A stretch of DNA of 64,000 bases from Histomonas meleagridis 2922-C6/04-290x (Eukaryota; Protista; Parabasalia), in assembly GCA_020184695.1 (NCBI GenBank), contig JAANOX010000144.1, forward strand, positions 62,001 through 126,000. Direction: 5' to 3'. Of the stretch, positions 44,801 through 54,952 are shown piece by piece; the first letter of the stretch is position 1, and each line of letters starts with the position of its first letter. The position numbers and the translations under genes are program-made. The notes under the pieces were generated by a model that saw only the letters and a list, made by a program, of their open reading frames with translations, was not told where the DNA came from and ran no database searches.

Positions 44801-47800
44801 TTTCTAAATTGATTTTTCCAGGTGCTAAATGTATATTTTCTAGATTATGAATAGAAATTAATTGTTGAGCTTTAATAATATTTTTCAACTTAGAAATAGT
44901 GTTACATATTAAATAAGGATCAAATAATGGAACTAACATTTTCTCTCCTTCTGCTTCTATTTCGACATCTGGATTTGAACTTTTATCAAACAAAATTGCT
45001 GGATTTCCATCAGGTAATACAATGTTTTTCATACCTCTAAATAAATTAGATATTTTCGATCCTTGTTTTTTTAATTTTCCTGTTAAATCAATTGTTAATA
45101 ATATATTTCTACCTTCAAGAGGTGTTAATATTAAAGTAGTCAAATGACTTAATATACCTGATTGAAGAGTTGGAATGAAATATTTTGTTTCAGGTTTATA
45201 ACTAATGAAACCAGATTCAGAAGTTTTATATATTGAAAATCCTTCATTATATTGTTTTGAAGAAATTGGTACTAATCCAGTTGGAGAAGTAAATCTCATT
45301 CCTTGTTCGGAAAACGTTTTTTCATCTATAAGAAAACCAATTTGATTTCCTAACTTTCGAAGATTAATAAGTTGTATTACTTGACCACTTGGCATTAAAA
45401 CCGGTTCAATAATTCCTTTAATTATCATTTCTTCGATTAATTTAATATATATATTTTCGGATTGTATTGCTAATTGTTCTAATGCAGCTTTCCGTAATTC
45501 AATATTTACATTTCCTTTAGCTATTAATAATCCTCGATCAGCATGATTAATTGACTTTTGTAAAACTCCTTGAATATAAATATTTTCATTCGAAACTATA
45601 GTTCCTAAATATGTATCACTTTTCATACATATTTTTAAATCACCATAAGAAAATATATATCCAGGATATTTCGATTCTGTAGAATATTGAACTTGAGATT
45701 GATATCCAGTGATAGTTTTATAAGTTTTTTTATGTTCTCCACCAAGATATAAACCTCCATGTTTGGCCTCACCTGCTTTATAAATACCTGCCGGTGGACA
45801 AAAGCTAGCTCTACTACAAGGAACATATATTCGATTATGTCCAGAACGACTAAGTCCCATAAATTCTTGAAGTTTTGTTGGATAATTATTCATAAAATCA
45901 TCGATAGTCATTCTTCTTCCATTATAACATACATCTCCAAAACAAACACCTTTTCTATTATATCTAACTAAACCTAAAATGGATAATGACTCAGTTGTTA
46001 TATGTTCAATTGGGGCATTAGGATTAACACCACTAATTAATTGCCTTCCTTTTCTATATCCATTTTTTAATATTGTCCCATTTATTGTTGTTGATCCTCT
46101 ACTATAAATTAAGCCACATTCATTCCGTACTTCTCCTGATGATTTAATATTTAAATCATCTGAAGAATTTATTATTCCAAAACTATTATTAAATGAACCT
46201 GAAATAATATTCATAAAAGTACCACATGTTATTACTCCAGCTAAGGATAAATTTGGATAATATACATCTCTATATATTGTTTGAGATTGTCTATTTAATC
46301 TCGAATTGGTCCATGTTGAATAATATATTATCTCTGGTTTATTATGTTCAATTCTTCCTCCACCTGTATTTATAAATCTTCCTTTTGCTTCTATATTAAT
46401 ATCTCCATATGTTTGAAGGCGGCCACTTGTATTTGTAAATTCATTTGTTTCAATATTAATAAAATGTTTTGCTGATATAGTTTTTGTATTATTGAATTTT
46501 TGGGTTTTTATTGTTAATGATATTACTGTTAAATCTGAATTTATTTCTAATGATGGCGCTTCAATATATAAATTAACATTCCAATTGATTGAATTTATTA
46601 ATTTAACTCCATTTTTTGCAATAATTTCCAAATTCTTCCCTCCACTAAGTATTGGCTTAAAATTATCAAAATTTAATGAAGTTTCAGATATTTCAAATGA
46701 TATTTCTTCACAAACAAATTTTCCAAGTTTTGGTGGGATGTAAAGGAAGTCCATTTTTTGAAGAGAATATATAATTCCATTATTTATAAAATCACATGAA
46801 ATATTACATTTGTTTTCAAATTTCAAAATAGATTTCTCACCTCCAATATAGTGTTTTCCTATAAACAAATCACGTTCATTATAATTTTTATAATCATCTT
46901 TATGTCTAAATAAAATTTTCCCATTATTTATCAAATCTGTTCTTATATGAACTCGATCTAACAAATGTAAGTCAGCATTTATTTCATTATTAATAACTTC
47001 TAAATTCATTAATGGCGTTTTAAAAGTTGTTATTCCAGAATTTTTTAATATTTTAAGTCCGTTGAATTTTGTATTTTCATCAGCTAAAAATTTTGCACCA
47101 TAATAAACATTTAATTCTTTTAAATTCGAAAAATCTGCATTTGCACATACTGAAAAAATTGCACCAGAATATAAATTTAATTTCGTAAGATTAGGTAAAG
47201 AAGCAGAAATATCAATTTTTCCTTTTAATCCAAAAAGATCATTAATTTTAGTTAAAATGGAATTTGTTTTAATTTGTAAATGACCTGTTATACTATTTTT
47301 AATTATAAATAATTTGGGAATCTTTGATAATATACATGTAATACCTTCATTTTCTATTTGTGTTAATTCAGGTACTTCAGATGTTTGATTTATTAATAAT
47401 TTTGCTTCTGAAAATATTTTTATTTTTGTTAATTGTGGTAATTTACTATTGATTTGTAAATGTTTTTTAATATTAATTGTTTTAGAATTAAAAGTTCCGT
47501 TTTCTATACATCCTATAATTGCATTACTTATAATTTCAGATGTTTTAATTATACCATTTGATGAATTTTGTATCATTGTTTGAGGCCCAATTAATTCTAA
47601 TTCGTGTTCAAATGTTGTTAATTGAGAAATATTAAGAAATATTCCATTGATAATTCCTTTTTGAAAGTTTATATTTGCTTTATTTGTTATTTTATTACCT
47701 TTACCATAAAACACTTGTCCTGCAACGATTCCATTTATTAAATTAATTTCTTTAGAATGGAATTTGACATTTGAAGCAATAATTTCACCTTCATTTTGTA

Positions 47801-48821
47801 CATAATCATCAGAAATTATATTTATTTCTCCAGTTTTGCCATTTATTTTACCATGATTTATTATATCATATCCAACAATATCTAAATTATTTTCTAATTC
47901 TAACGTTCCTTGATTATTAAATAATTCTGATGTTATTAATTTTAAAATTGATCCTTTGATAATACCTTCGTTAGAAATTGTGGATGTTCCTATGATTAAC
48001 TTTTTTGAGATTTCTATTATACCTTTGTTATAAAAGTATAATATATCTTTAAAAATGGTATTATCCGAAGTTTTAATTGTTCCAATATTAAATAAATATC
48101 CATTATTTAAATCAATATTATTAATATTAAGTTTCCCAAAGTTAAACAAAAACACATTATCTAACATTATTTTTTCGATTGTTAGTTCAGCTTCTTGTTC
48201 AATAAATAAAGTATTAATTAATTCTGGAGATTTTATATTTCCTTTAAAAACTAATGATTTAATTGTCGACTTCGTCTTTCCAATAAGAAGTACAGATGAT
48301 GCTTCAATTTCAATATGTGTTAAATTTGTATTATATAAAATTACTTGTTTTGGAGCATTAATTTGAATGGATTTTTTTAATTGCGTGTCCAAAACAATAT
48401 TTCCATCGTGTGAAATTAACAATTCTCCAAATTCTGGAATAAATAAACTCCATCCTCTTGATAATTCGGTTTCAATATTTTGTTCACTTAATTTCTTATT
48501 TTCATTGCTTTCTGGTGTTTGACTAGAATCAGTTTTTAATTGGGTTAATTGGTATGCTATTTGTGCTTGAACTTTTTGCAAAATTTCATATAAATGAATA
48601 TTATTTGCTTTTTGTTCACTAATAGTATAAATAAATGGAGTTACAACTTGTTCAAATACAGTTTTATACATGTGAGTAAGTTGTCCATCTTGAGAAATAT
48701 CAATTATTTTCAATACTTCTATTATATATCCTTCCATTATTTCCTGTGTTTCCTCATTTAAAACATTTGATGGTTTAATATTAATGCGATATTCAGGAAT
48801 GTGTTCATCCAGTTCCACCAT
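41835..48821 (-). CDS. Filamentous haemagglutinin/CdiA-like polymorphic toxin with a C-terminal His-rich (HNH/EndoVII-like) nuclease domain
   Basis: 2328-aa uninterrupted ORF with many N-x-G-x-I beta-helix repeats and FHA-2-like segments (SSLKAKDNIQLNAPKGIIDQHGTNLEAG, VSGNLTIETIKD). C-terminus has EAHHMTS...AINVPKELHRKTRTFGG. Confidence 0.75.
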   Translation of the reverse strand: MVELDEHIPEYRINIKPSNVLNEETQEIMEGYIIEVLKIIDISQDGQLTHMYKTVFEQVVTPFIYTISEQKANNIHLYEILQKVQAQIAYQLTQLKTDSSQTPESNENKKLSEQNIETELSRGWSLFIPEFGELLISHDGNIVLDTQLKKSIQINAPKQVILYNTNLTHIEIEASSVLLIGKTKSTIKSLVFKGNIKSPELINTLFIEQEAELTIEKIMLDNVFLFNFGKLNINNIDLNNGYLFNIGTIKTSDNTIFKDILYFYNKGIIEISKKLIIGTSTISNEGIIKGSILKLITSELFNNQGTLELENNLDIVGYDIINHGKINGKTGEINIISDDYVQNEGEIIASNVKFHSKEINLINGIVAGQVFYGKGNKITNKANINFQKGIINGIFLNISQLTTFEHELELIGPQTMIQNSSNGIIKTSEIISNAIIGCIENGTFNSKTINIKKHLQINSKLPQLTKIKIFSEAKLLINQTSEVPELTQIENEGITCILSKIPKLFIIKNSITGHLQIKTNSILTKINDLFGLKGKIDISASLPNLTKLNLYSGAIFSVCANADFSNLKELNVYYGAKFLADENTKFNGLKILKNSGITTFKTPLMNLEVINNEINADLHLLDRVHIRTDLINNGKILFRHKDDYKNYNERDLFIGKHYIGGEKSILKFENKCNISCDFINNGIIYSLQKMDFLYIPPKLGKFVCEEISFEISETSLNFDNFKPILSGGKNLEIIAKNGVKLINSINWNVNLYIEAPSLEINSDLTVISLTIKTQKFNNTKTISAKHFINIETNEFTNTSGRLQTYGDINIEAKGRFINTGGGRIEHNKPEIIYYSTWTNSRLNRQSQTIYRDVYYPNLSLAGVITCGTFMNIISGSFNNSFGIINSSDDLNIKSSGEVRNECGLIYSRGSTTINGTILKNGYRKGRQLISGVNPNAPIEHITTESLSILGLVRYNRKGVCFGDVCYNGRRMTIDDFMNNYPTKLQEFMGLSRSGHNRIYVPCSRASFCPPAGIYKAGEAKHGGLYLGGEHKKTYKTITGYQSQVQYSTESKYPGYIFSYGDLKICMKSDTYLGTIVSNENIYIQGVLQKSINHADRGLLIAKGNVNIELRKAALEQLAIQSENIYIKLIEEMIIKGIIEPVLMPSGQVIQLINLRKLGNQIGFLIDEKTFSEQGMRFTSPTGLVPISSKQYNEGFSIYKTSESGFISYKPETKYFIPTLQSGILSHLTTLILTPLEGRNILLTIDLTGKLKKQGSKISNLFRGMKNIVLPDGNPAILFDKSSNPDVEIEAEGEKMLVPLFDPYLICNTISKLKNIIKAQQLISIHNLENIHLAPGKINLESIDFTLESEKEIRIASEFTYSDSHYKTGVDPVDIEVPGTFIASGKKGVTLEGANIKAKNIQITSSNGNIIDLEMELDPTLTFGKQNWVREQKTITSSLKAKDNIQLNAPKGIIDQHGTNLEAGNGGITFEAQKHIINPAYEKSEIAHWAKRTFTCMNFNTPKGANIKTSGTIIFKSADTSLVGAEIIANTISNPNDGDFSIIPAYGSQNNFSMTYKNGGLFGLGKSSRNIYETRDLIERAQIITDHFESIGKGTCVFEGTIIKALDMSITKNLIEKAAYLHSKSNIVQHSSGFFAPKIKGDPFIEALKGVENIISFGDAIPTAMNIIGTGAQTLTHALTLANIAKNPNPIIAISQIFLNRFVTGFVYNNSTTTIQRKESQPIQSQVEVGILKINNDRTHLEGIWKVNKASIETGKITSDSPKHTIEQSSKTKGFNISLSPIAFIEACISPTIGTLPNISVFESEVSFDQTNHSNMIIEAGDLFIRCNDAIFRGSTIRANVIEMLVSGNLTIETIKDLFKSESNNTQISSSLSSINSLIQGVKVDNSILNPKLGVVPTIRIADEECLQERINKVSQLIGIEKFYLKVGELLYNKGAIISDGVISGKRIDEKVDEKTEKHQKVINPCIGELVTMIGQVNEFKEVQQKYITQRVLEGVNSENAIEEANEITKEIVDKVSTFIKRLQETEKKVSNEVKEIVENTKEVKVSDNMNETHIQTEILKCCHIKEFEQMLKNTHYEQNKVIEEYKKFSQTLKPKLKNYFTEIMNTIGDFCHHINDHIQKAYEIGYLYMYLDDPLIDEFNRNEIKESIINREISDRNNNLIESAETLLSIIEIIGITKCNFLKPTIKNMKFTQITKNVKPVNNTLLKGEGKFDTYAKLKKWNKENGIVGMEAHHMTSKKHMQKLGINPNDAYAINVPKELHRKTRTFGGRNKIASNLPNRSELAADVFDLRKILINEGKYNQQWKEILINYTRKQKELFPQIFTKIGK

Positions 48822-49011
48822 TTTAGATTTTTGCTTAAAAACCGTGATTACGGTTTTGTATTCAAAAAGTAGAATCGATGCGATTGAATTCTAATTGAAA
48901 AAATTCTGTTTTGTTCATTTGTCATTTGTATATAATATAGAATTTCGAATTCAATTTTTTAGCAAAAAATTGCAAAAGAAAATTAGAAGATTTATAAATT
49001 CTATTCATAGG

Positions 49012-49512
49012 TTGCAGAAAAAAAGGGTAACACCTAAATTAGATCAAAGATGATCACCACTTTTAGATGGATGTATATGTCATCATTCTAACAATTTAGC
49101 CGAAGGTTTTACGTTCACAGATAAAAGAATTAAAATAACAGATGGATTATTTGGTCACTTTCTTAGAACAGCACTTGATGACTTATGTAGATTTGAAATA
49201 GAAAGTGAAGAAGAACTAAGTAATCACGAATATAATGATTATAGGAACCCAACGTTCAAACATTATGAATCACATTCATCACGCAAAAGCCCTGAATTTG
49301 TTCATGCATTTTATGAGAATGAATTTCCAAGTGGTAAGAAAAAGGAAAGACAAGAAAAAAAAAATATTCAAGAAAACAAAGAAAATGCAAATTTCAAGAA
49401 CGCTGGTTGGTTTTCTCACAACCAAATTTATCCATTTCAAGATAAACAACATAATTTCAATATATTCCAACCATTTAATAATGTTGTTCGAATGTTTAAC
49501 TTTAATAAATAA
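49012..49512 (+). pseudogene. Start-less ORF remnant, possibly transposase-derived
   Basis: Frame open 49054-49512 with one upstream TGA at 49051; contains LLDGCICHHSNNL, a CxxH motif reminiscent of hAT/MULE transposases. Confidence 0.3.
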
Positions 49513-50707
49513 AAATATAATTTTATTTTGTATTTTTATTTTGTTTTCTGTTTAAAATGTTGAGAAAAATTAATTGTATAAGGACTTTGAAAGATTTTAA
49601 GATCGGAATTGATTTTCTGCTCCCTGTTGTTTTGGTGCATTCTCAATTTCATTTTTATTGAATTATATGTTAAATATGCATTGAAAATAAATATATGAAT
49701 CAAAGTTGATGTAAGGAAATAACCAAGTGTGAATCTATTTAAAAAAATTTTTTTTGTACAGATTTAAGTTGCTTGAAGTGATGATTTAGTATTACCATGA
49801 TTTGCATTTATGACAATTTGTCCAAACATTACATGATTTCGAGTTACAGGAAACAGTAGCAACGATGTGCTTCGACTCAAGAACAAATATTTTGTATTTT
49901 TGGAATGAAAATAATAAGGTGTACTCAATAGACCTTCATTCAACTTTAAGAGTTAAAAAATATTATGAATAGTAAATAATTTTTTTGCTGCTATTAAATT
50001 AATAATACTCTGTAATGCATTTTTCATAATTTTTTTACAAAAATTATTTGCAAATCATATAATGAAATAATTCACCCTTTTTGTACGTTAAGCCTAAATA
50101 ACGTGTTTTTTTGATATTTGTTTCTTCTTTATCTCCATGCCATGAATGTATTGATACAATTCAATCATAGTAATAATAAAACTCATGATTTTGAAGTTAT
50201 ATTTTTGATACATCCTAGTTTTGAATGATATTTTTTTTTAATTTTAAATGATTTTTAGTTTCACTATAATAGAATCAAAATACTCATTAACAATATTTAG
50301 AAAAAGTTTTTTATATCAATTAAGCAAGCCAAAAACAAAATTTCATGGAAAATTAAAATTATCATAATTGTACAAAATTTCAAAGTCTCAAATGTCAATA
50401 ATTTTTCAAAATTGGTTTTCGAAATTTTGGTGCTTTGTTTTTTACCTACTATACTACATTTTATTTATATTAGATTTTTAAAAATCATGTAAAAAAAATT
50501 TTCCCCTAAATGTACAATATTTGTTGTGAAAATTATTAGAACTATGGAACAAAGGTGAATTGTGAGAGCAAAGGGGTATGATAAAAATATTCAATGAATC
50601 AAGTTTTGGTTCACATTATATCAATCAAATTACATGAGTCTATAATAATGTATTAAAACAAAGTGAATTTAGAAAATGTTTATTGCAATAATTAAATATT
50701 TCCTCTT

Positions 50708-52159
50708 TTATCCTTTAGAATCGTTTAATTTTATTATGTGGTTACATTTCTGTTGTCGAATTTTGTTTACAAACAACTGAATAATATCTGCATCTTTGTT
50801 TTCGGATGCTATTATAAGCGCTGTTTTATATATTTATAAGTAATTCCAAATGTTTATGTGAAATATCATATTTTTTGAATATACTTTATATAAAACAAAG
50901 AAATATCTTTAGCATCCATATCAATATTATCTTGTTCAAGAAGTAATTCAACTATTTCTATATCATTATTTTTTGATGCTAAAATAAGTGCTGTTTCAAA
51001 TAATTTAAATAATTTCCAAATATTATATTGAAATAATAAATTATTCAAGTAAATATCAAACAAAACAAAGAAATATCTTTAGCATTAATATCAATTCCTT
51101 CTTTTTCAAGAAGTAATTTAACTATTTCTGTATAACCTTTTTTAGATGCTCTAATAAGTGCTGTTTTAAATATTTTAAATAATTTCCAAATATTATTTTG
51201 AAATATTAAATTATTCAAATAAATATTAAATAAAACAAAGAAATATCTTTAGCATTAATATCAATTCCTTCTTGTTCAAGAAGTAATTTAACTATTTCTG
51301 TATAACCTTTTTTAGATGCCCACATAAGTGATGTCCATAATATTTTAAATAATTTCCAAATATTATTTTGAAATATAAAATTATTAAAATAAATATTAAA
51401 TAAAATAAATAAATATCTTTAGCGTTAATATCAATTCCTTCTTGTTCAAGAAGTAATTTAACTATTTCTGTATAACCATCTCTAGATGCATACATAAGTG
51501 CTGTAGCAAATAATTTAAATAATTTCCAAATATTATATCGAAATAATAAATTATTAAAATAAATATCAAACAAAACAAATAAATATCTTTAGAATTAATA
51601 TCAATTCCTTCTTGATCAAGAAGTAATTTAACAATTTCTGTATGATTATTATAAGATGCTCCCATAAGAGCTGTATTAAATATTTTAAATAATTTCCAAA
51701 AATTATTTTGAAATAATAATTATTTAAAATAAATAATAAATAAAACAAATAAATATCTTTAGAATTAATATCAATTCCTTCTTGTTCAAGAAGTAATTTA
51801 ACAATTTCTGTATGACCATTTCTAGATGCAGATATAAGTGATGTAAAAAATAATTTAAATAATTTTTGAAATATTATTTTGAAACACTAAATTATTCAAA
51901 TAAATTTTAAATAAAACAAATAAATATCTTTAGCATTAATATCAATTCCTTCTTGTTCAAGAAGAACTTTTGTGACTTCAGAATGACCTTGGCGTGTTGC
52001 CCAATGAAGTGCTGTTTCATTAATTTTAGATGAATTCCAAAAATAAATATTAAACATTCAATCTTCATGAGAAACATATTTACCATTAATATCAAATATT
52101 TTTTGTTCGATTTGCCATTTAATAAATGATACAAATTCTTTTTGGTATTGAGAAAGCAT
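50708..52159 (-). CDS. Second interrupted ankyrin locus: 8 modules with AT-rich spacers and the same C-terminal cap
   Basis: Modules start at 52015, 51844, 51674, 51504, 51334, 51164, 50994 and 50824 (periods 171, then 170 six times). Cap ...IIKLNDSKG* matches locus 1 ...IIKLKDSQG*. Confidence 0.65.
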
Positions 52160-53193
52160 CAGGTTGAGAATAAATTTGACAATTTTAAATTTGGCATTTT
52201 TTATTATCTTTGTTTTCTTTTTCAATATATGATCTCCAGACTAATAAGAGTTTATATAAAAATATTAATATTTTTATAAAGTACATATATGTGATAAAAA
52301 GTTAATTTGAACATATCTTGATACATCCTATTTATAATGAGATAAACATTAATTTATAACCAACATCGGCTCTGAGCGCGTTTTGCGGTTTTGAACGATA
52401 GTAAATTTGAGGAAAAACAGAGGAAATGCCACACTAGGGCACCCCACCCACCATCCTGACGGCCGGTTGCGATCGTTATTCATTGAAAAATGCTTTCACC
52501 AATAATTGGTGAAATTTCTTGATAAACTAATCATAATTTAAAATATTTTATTGGGTTTTGCATCGTAACCCCAACAACAAATTCCTTAATCTTAAGGTCT
52601 GAAATGAAAAAGTGTGATACTATTGTTTTTTATATATTTATATCTATGATCTGGAATATTATTTATTTATATAATTTATGAAAAAAATATGATTTAGATA
52701 AAATAATATATTAATTTTTATATATGGCGATGTGATTTTTTTTTACAACAGAGTCAAGTAAAAAAATAATTGCTAAATTCGAATTGGAGGTTGAAAATGG
52801 ACGCAAAAGTGACACTCTTCATAGACACTTTTCTTAACTCATAAAAAAAACATAAACACCTTGCGTAGATCATTAGCCCTTTTGGATCGATTGAATGGTA
52901 TGGATATAAATTATTTCTATACTAAATTAGATCATTATCTATTTTGGGTTGGTAAATTTGACCCTCAAAAAATTGACCAATTTATATAAAGAAAATTATT
53001 CCGAAAGAACAAAAACCATTTTTGCCAATAATCGAAAACCGTTTGCTTTTGGGGCGGTGTCATGATGAAGCTTATACAATACGATAGATATTTTTCAGTC
53101 AAAACGATTATTATTCATTGAATTAAAAACGATAGATATAATATAACATTTATTATAATTCGTGTCAAAATACAAAGAGCGAACAAAAAATTA

Positions 53194-54408
53194 TTACGAT
53201 ATTGGTAAGTTGTAATCACAAGTTGAAATGTTTGGCATGTTCATGACTGATTTTAGAACCGTTTGATAATTTGGAAAATTATCATTAGGGAACACCTTCT
53301 TGAAACCATTGCCGATTTCGTTTTTAGCTCTAAGCTCATTTATTTGTTGTATTGTATCCTTGTGATTTTCCATGAATTTTTTGAATTCTTTTGCATCTGT
53401 TGGAAATTCCGTTGTTTCCTTAAGCCTTTGCAATGGCATCAATGGCGCTGCGATCTTTAGTGCATCCATTAACATGTTCTGTTTTAATGTATGTGAATTC
53501 ATAGTATTACATTTTAACGATGGTCGGAAATTAATCTCTAAAACATATGGCTTAAGTTGCTTGTCAAGCAATACATCAAAGCCAACAATTTGGAAACATC
53601 GTGAATACCCAAGATTAGGACATTCTTCATCTTCGAATTTTGACAGGAAACCGTAGGCCGATATGACCGATAGAACGATAGCCCTGTCAATCCTTTCCCA
53701 AAGAGCATCAATGTCATAACCCATTTGTTTAAGCTTTTCAAAAACATCAGACAACATTTGGGTCATTTTGTCGGGAATGGCATCTGGGTTTTTGATGTTA
53801 ACTGCGGTATTTGTAAGTAAAGAGAATTTAGAATTGGTATCAACAGTTTCACTACAAAAGCGTGCTACACCGCCACGATACACGTAGATTGTAAGTGGCT
53901 TAACTGATAAAATAAGAACATATATTCGAAGATCAAACTTTTTGTTATCAATTGTAAAAGAATCTATGTACTCCTGAATTACAGCTAAATGCCGTGATTT
54001 TGGAGTTTCCTTTTCGGAATTTATTACCTTTATTCCATGACCAAGTGCACCTTTATCTGGTTTATAAATGTATTTTTTTGGTGATTCTTTGTATGCCTTA
54101 TGAAATTCATTTCTTTCTAGAGGTAAAATAAATGATTTTGGGATAAAATCATATAAATTCGGAAAATATTTTGCTGTCCTACAGATAAGTCTTACATATG
54201 GTGCCTTGCGACACATTGTTCGAGCCCATGGGATTCTATTTATAACTTGCCATGGCATCATTTGCTGAAAATAATCAACCTTCATTGTATCTGTCCAAAC
54301 CAACATTGCATTTGGATTAGCTTTTGTGTACTCAATTCCGGAAAGACGTAATGCCTGTTTCACAACAGCAAACAAAACTTTTCCGTTTGTTGCTTGGAGT
54401 TTTTCCAT
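53194..54408 (-). CDS. Tubulin-tyrosine-ligase-like (TTLL) protein
   Basis: KPDKGALGHGI, IQEYI, KKFDLRIY, FQIVGFDVLLD and LEINFRPSL. Confidence 0.92.
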   Translation of the reverse strand: MEKLQATNGKVLFAVVKQALRLSGIEYTKANPNAMLVWTDTMKVDYFQQMMPWQVINRIPWARTMCRKAPYVRLICRTAKYFPNLYDFIPKSFILPLERNEFHKAYKESPKKYIYKPDKGALGHGIKVINSEKETPKSRHLAVIQEYIDSFTIDNKKFDLRIYVLILSVKPLTIYVYRGGVARFCSETVDTNSKFSLLTNTAVNIKNPDAIPDKMTQMLSDVFEKLKQMGYDIDALWERIDRAIVLSVISAYGFLSKFEDEECPNLGYSRCFQIVGFDVLLDKQLKPYVLEINFRPSLKCNTMNSHTLKQNMLMDALKIAAPLMPLQRLKETTEFPTDAKEFKKFMENHKDTIQQINELRAKNEIGNGFKKVFPNDNFPNYQTVLKSVMNMPNISTCDYNLPIS

Positions 54409-54952
54409 GGCTTTTGTCTGATGTAATTTGAAGGTGTAATTTTGAATGATGTAAAGTTATCAAAAGTTCAAATTAAACTTCAGAAAATTGAATAAATTAC
54501 TCCTGGAAAAATTGACCACTTTTACAGTTGGAAGAAATTTTGAGGCAAATATTCATAATTTTTTTAAAAACGCATAATAACATCTTTATAAATATAGAAT
54601 GGGTATTCTATCAAAAACATGAAAAAACGGAATGAAAATTTTCAAATTTCGATAAATTACGGCAAATCAATAAAAATTTATTATTCAATGTACATTCCAA
54701 CTAACACTTTTCGTATGTTTGTACATATTTTTGCAAATAAAATATTATTCGAATTAGATATTTCTATTTGGAAAGTATTAAGAATATTATCAAATTGAGT
54801 TAATTGATTGATTTCAAAATCTAATTTTGATGTTAACTAAATTAATATGATTAGATAGAATATATTTCATTCTAAGATTTAAACAGCTTGAGAATTTCTC
54901 AATGAGAAACAACTTTTTCTATAAAAACTGTTAATTGTACGTTTAACCGTTA

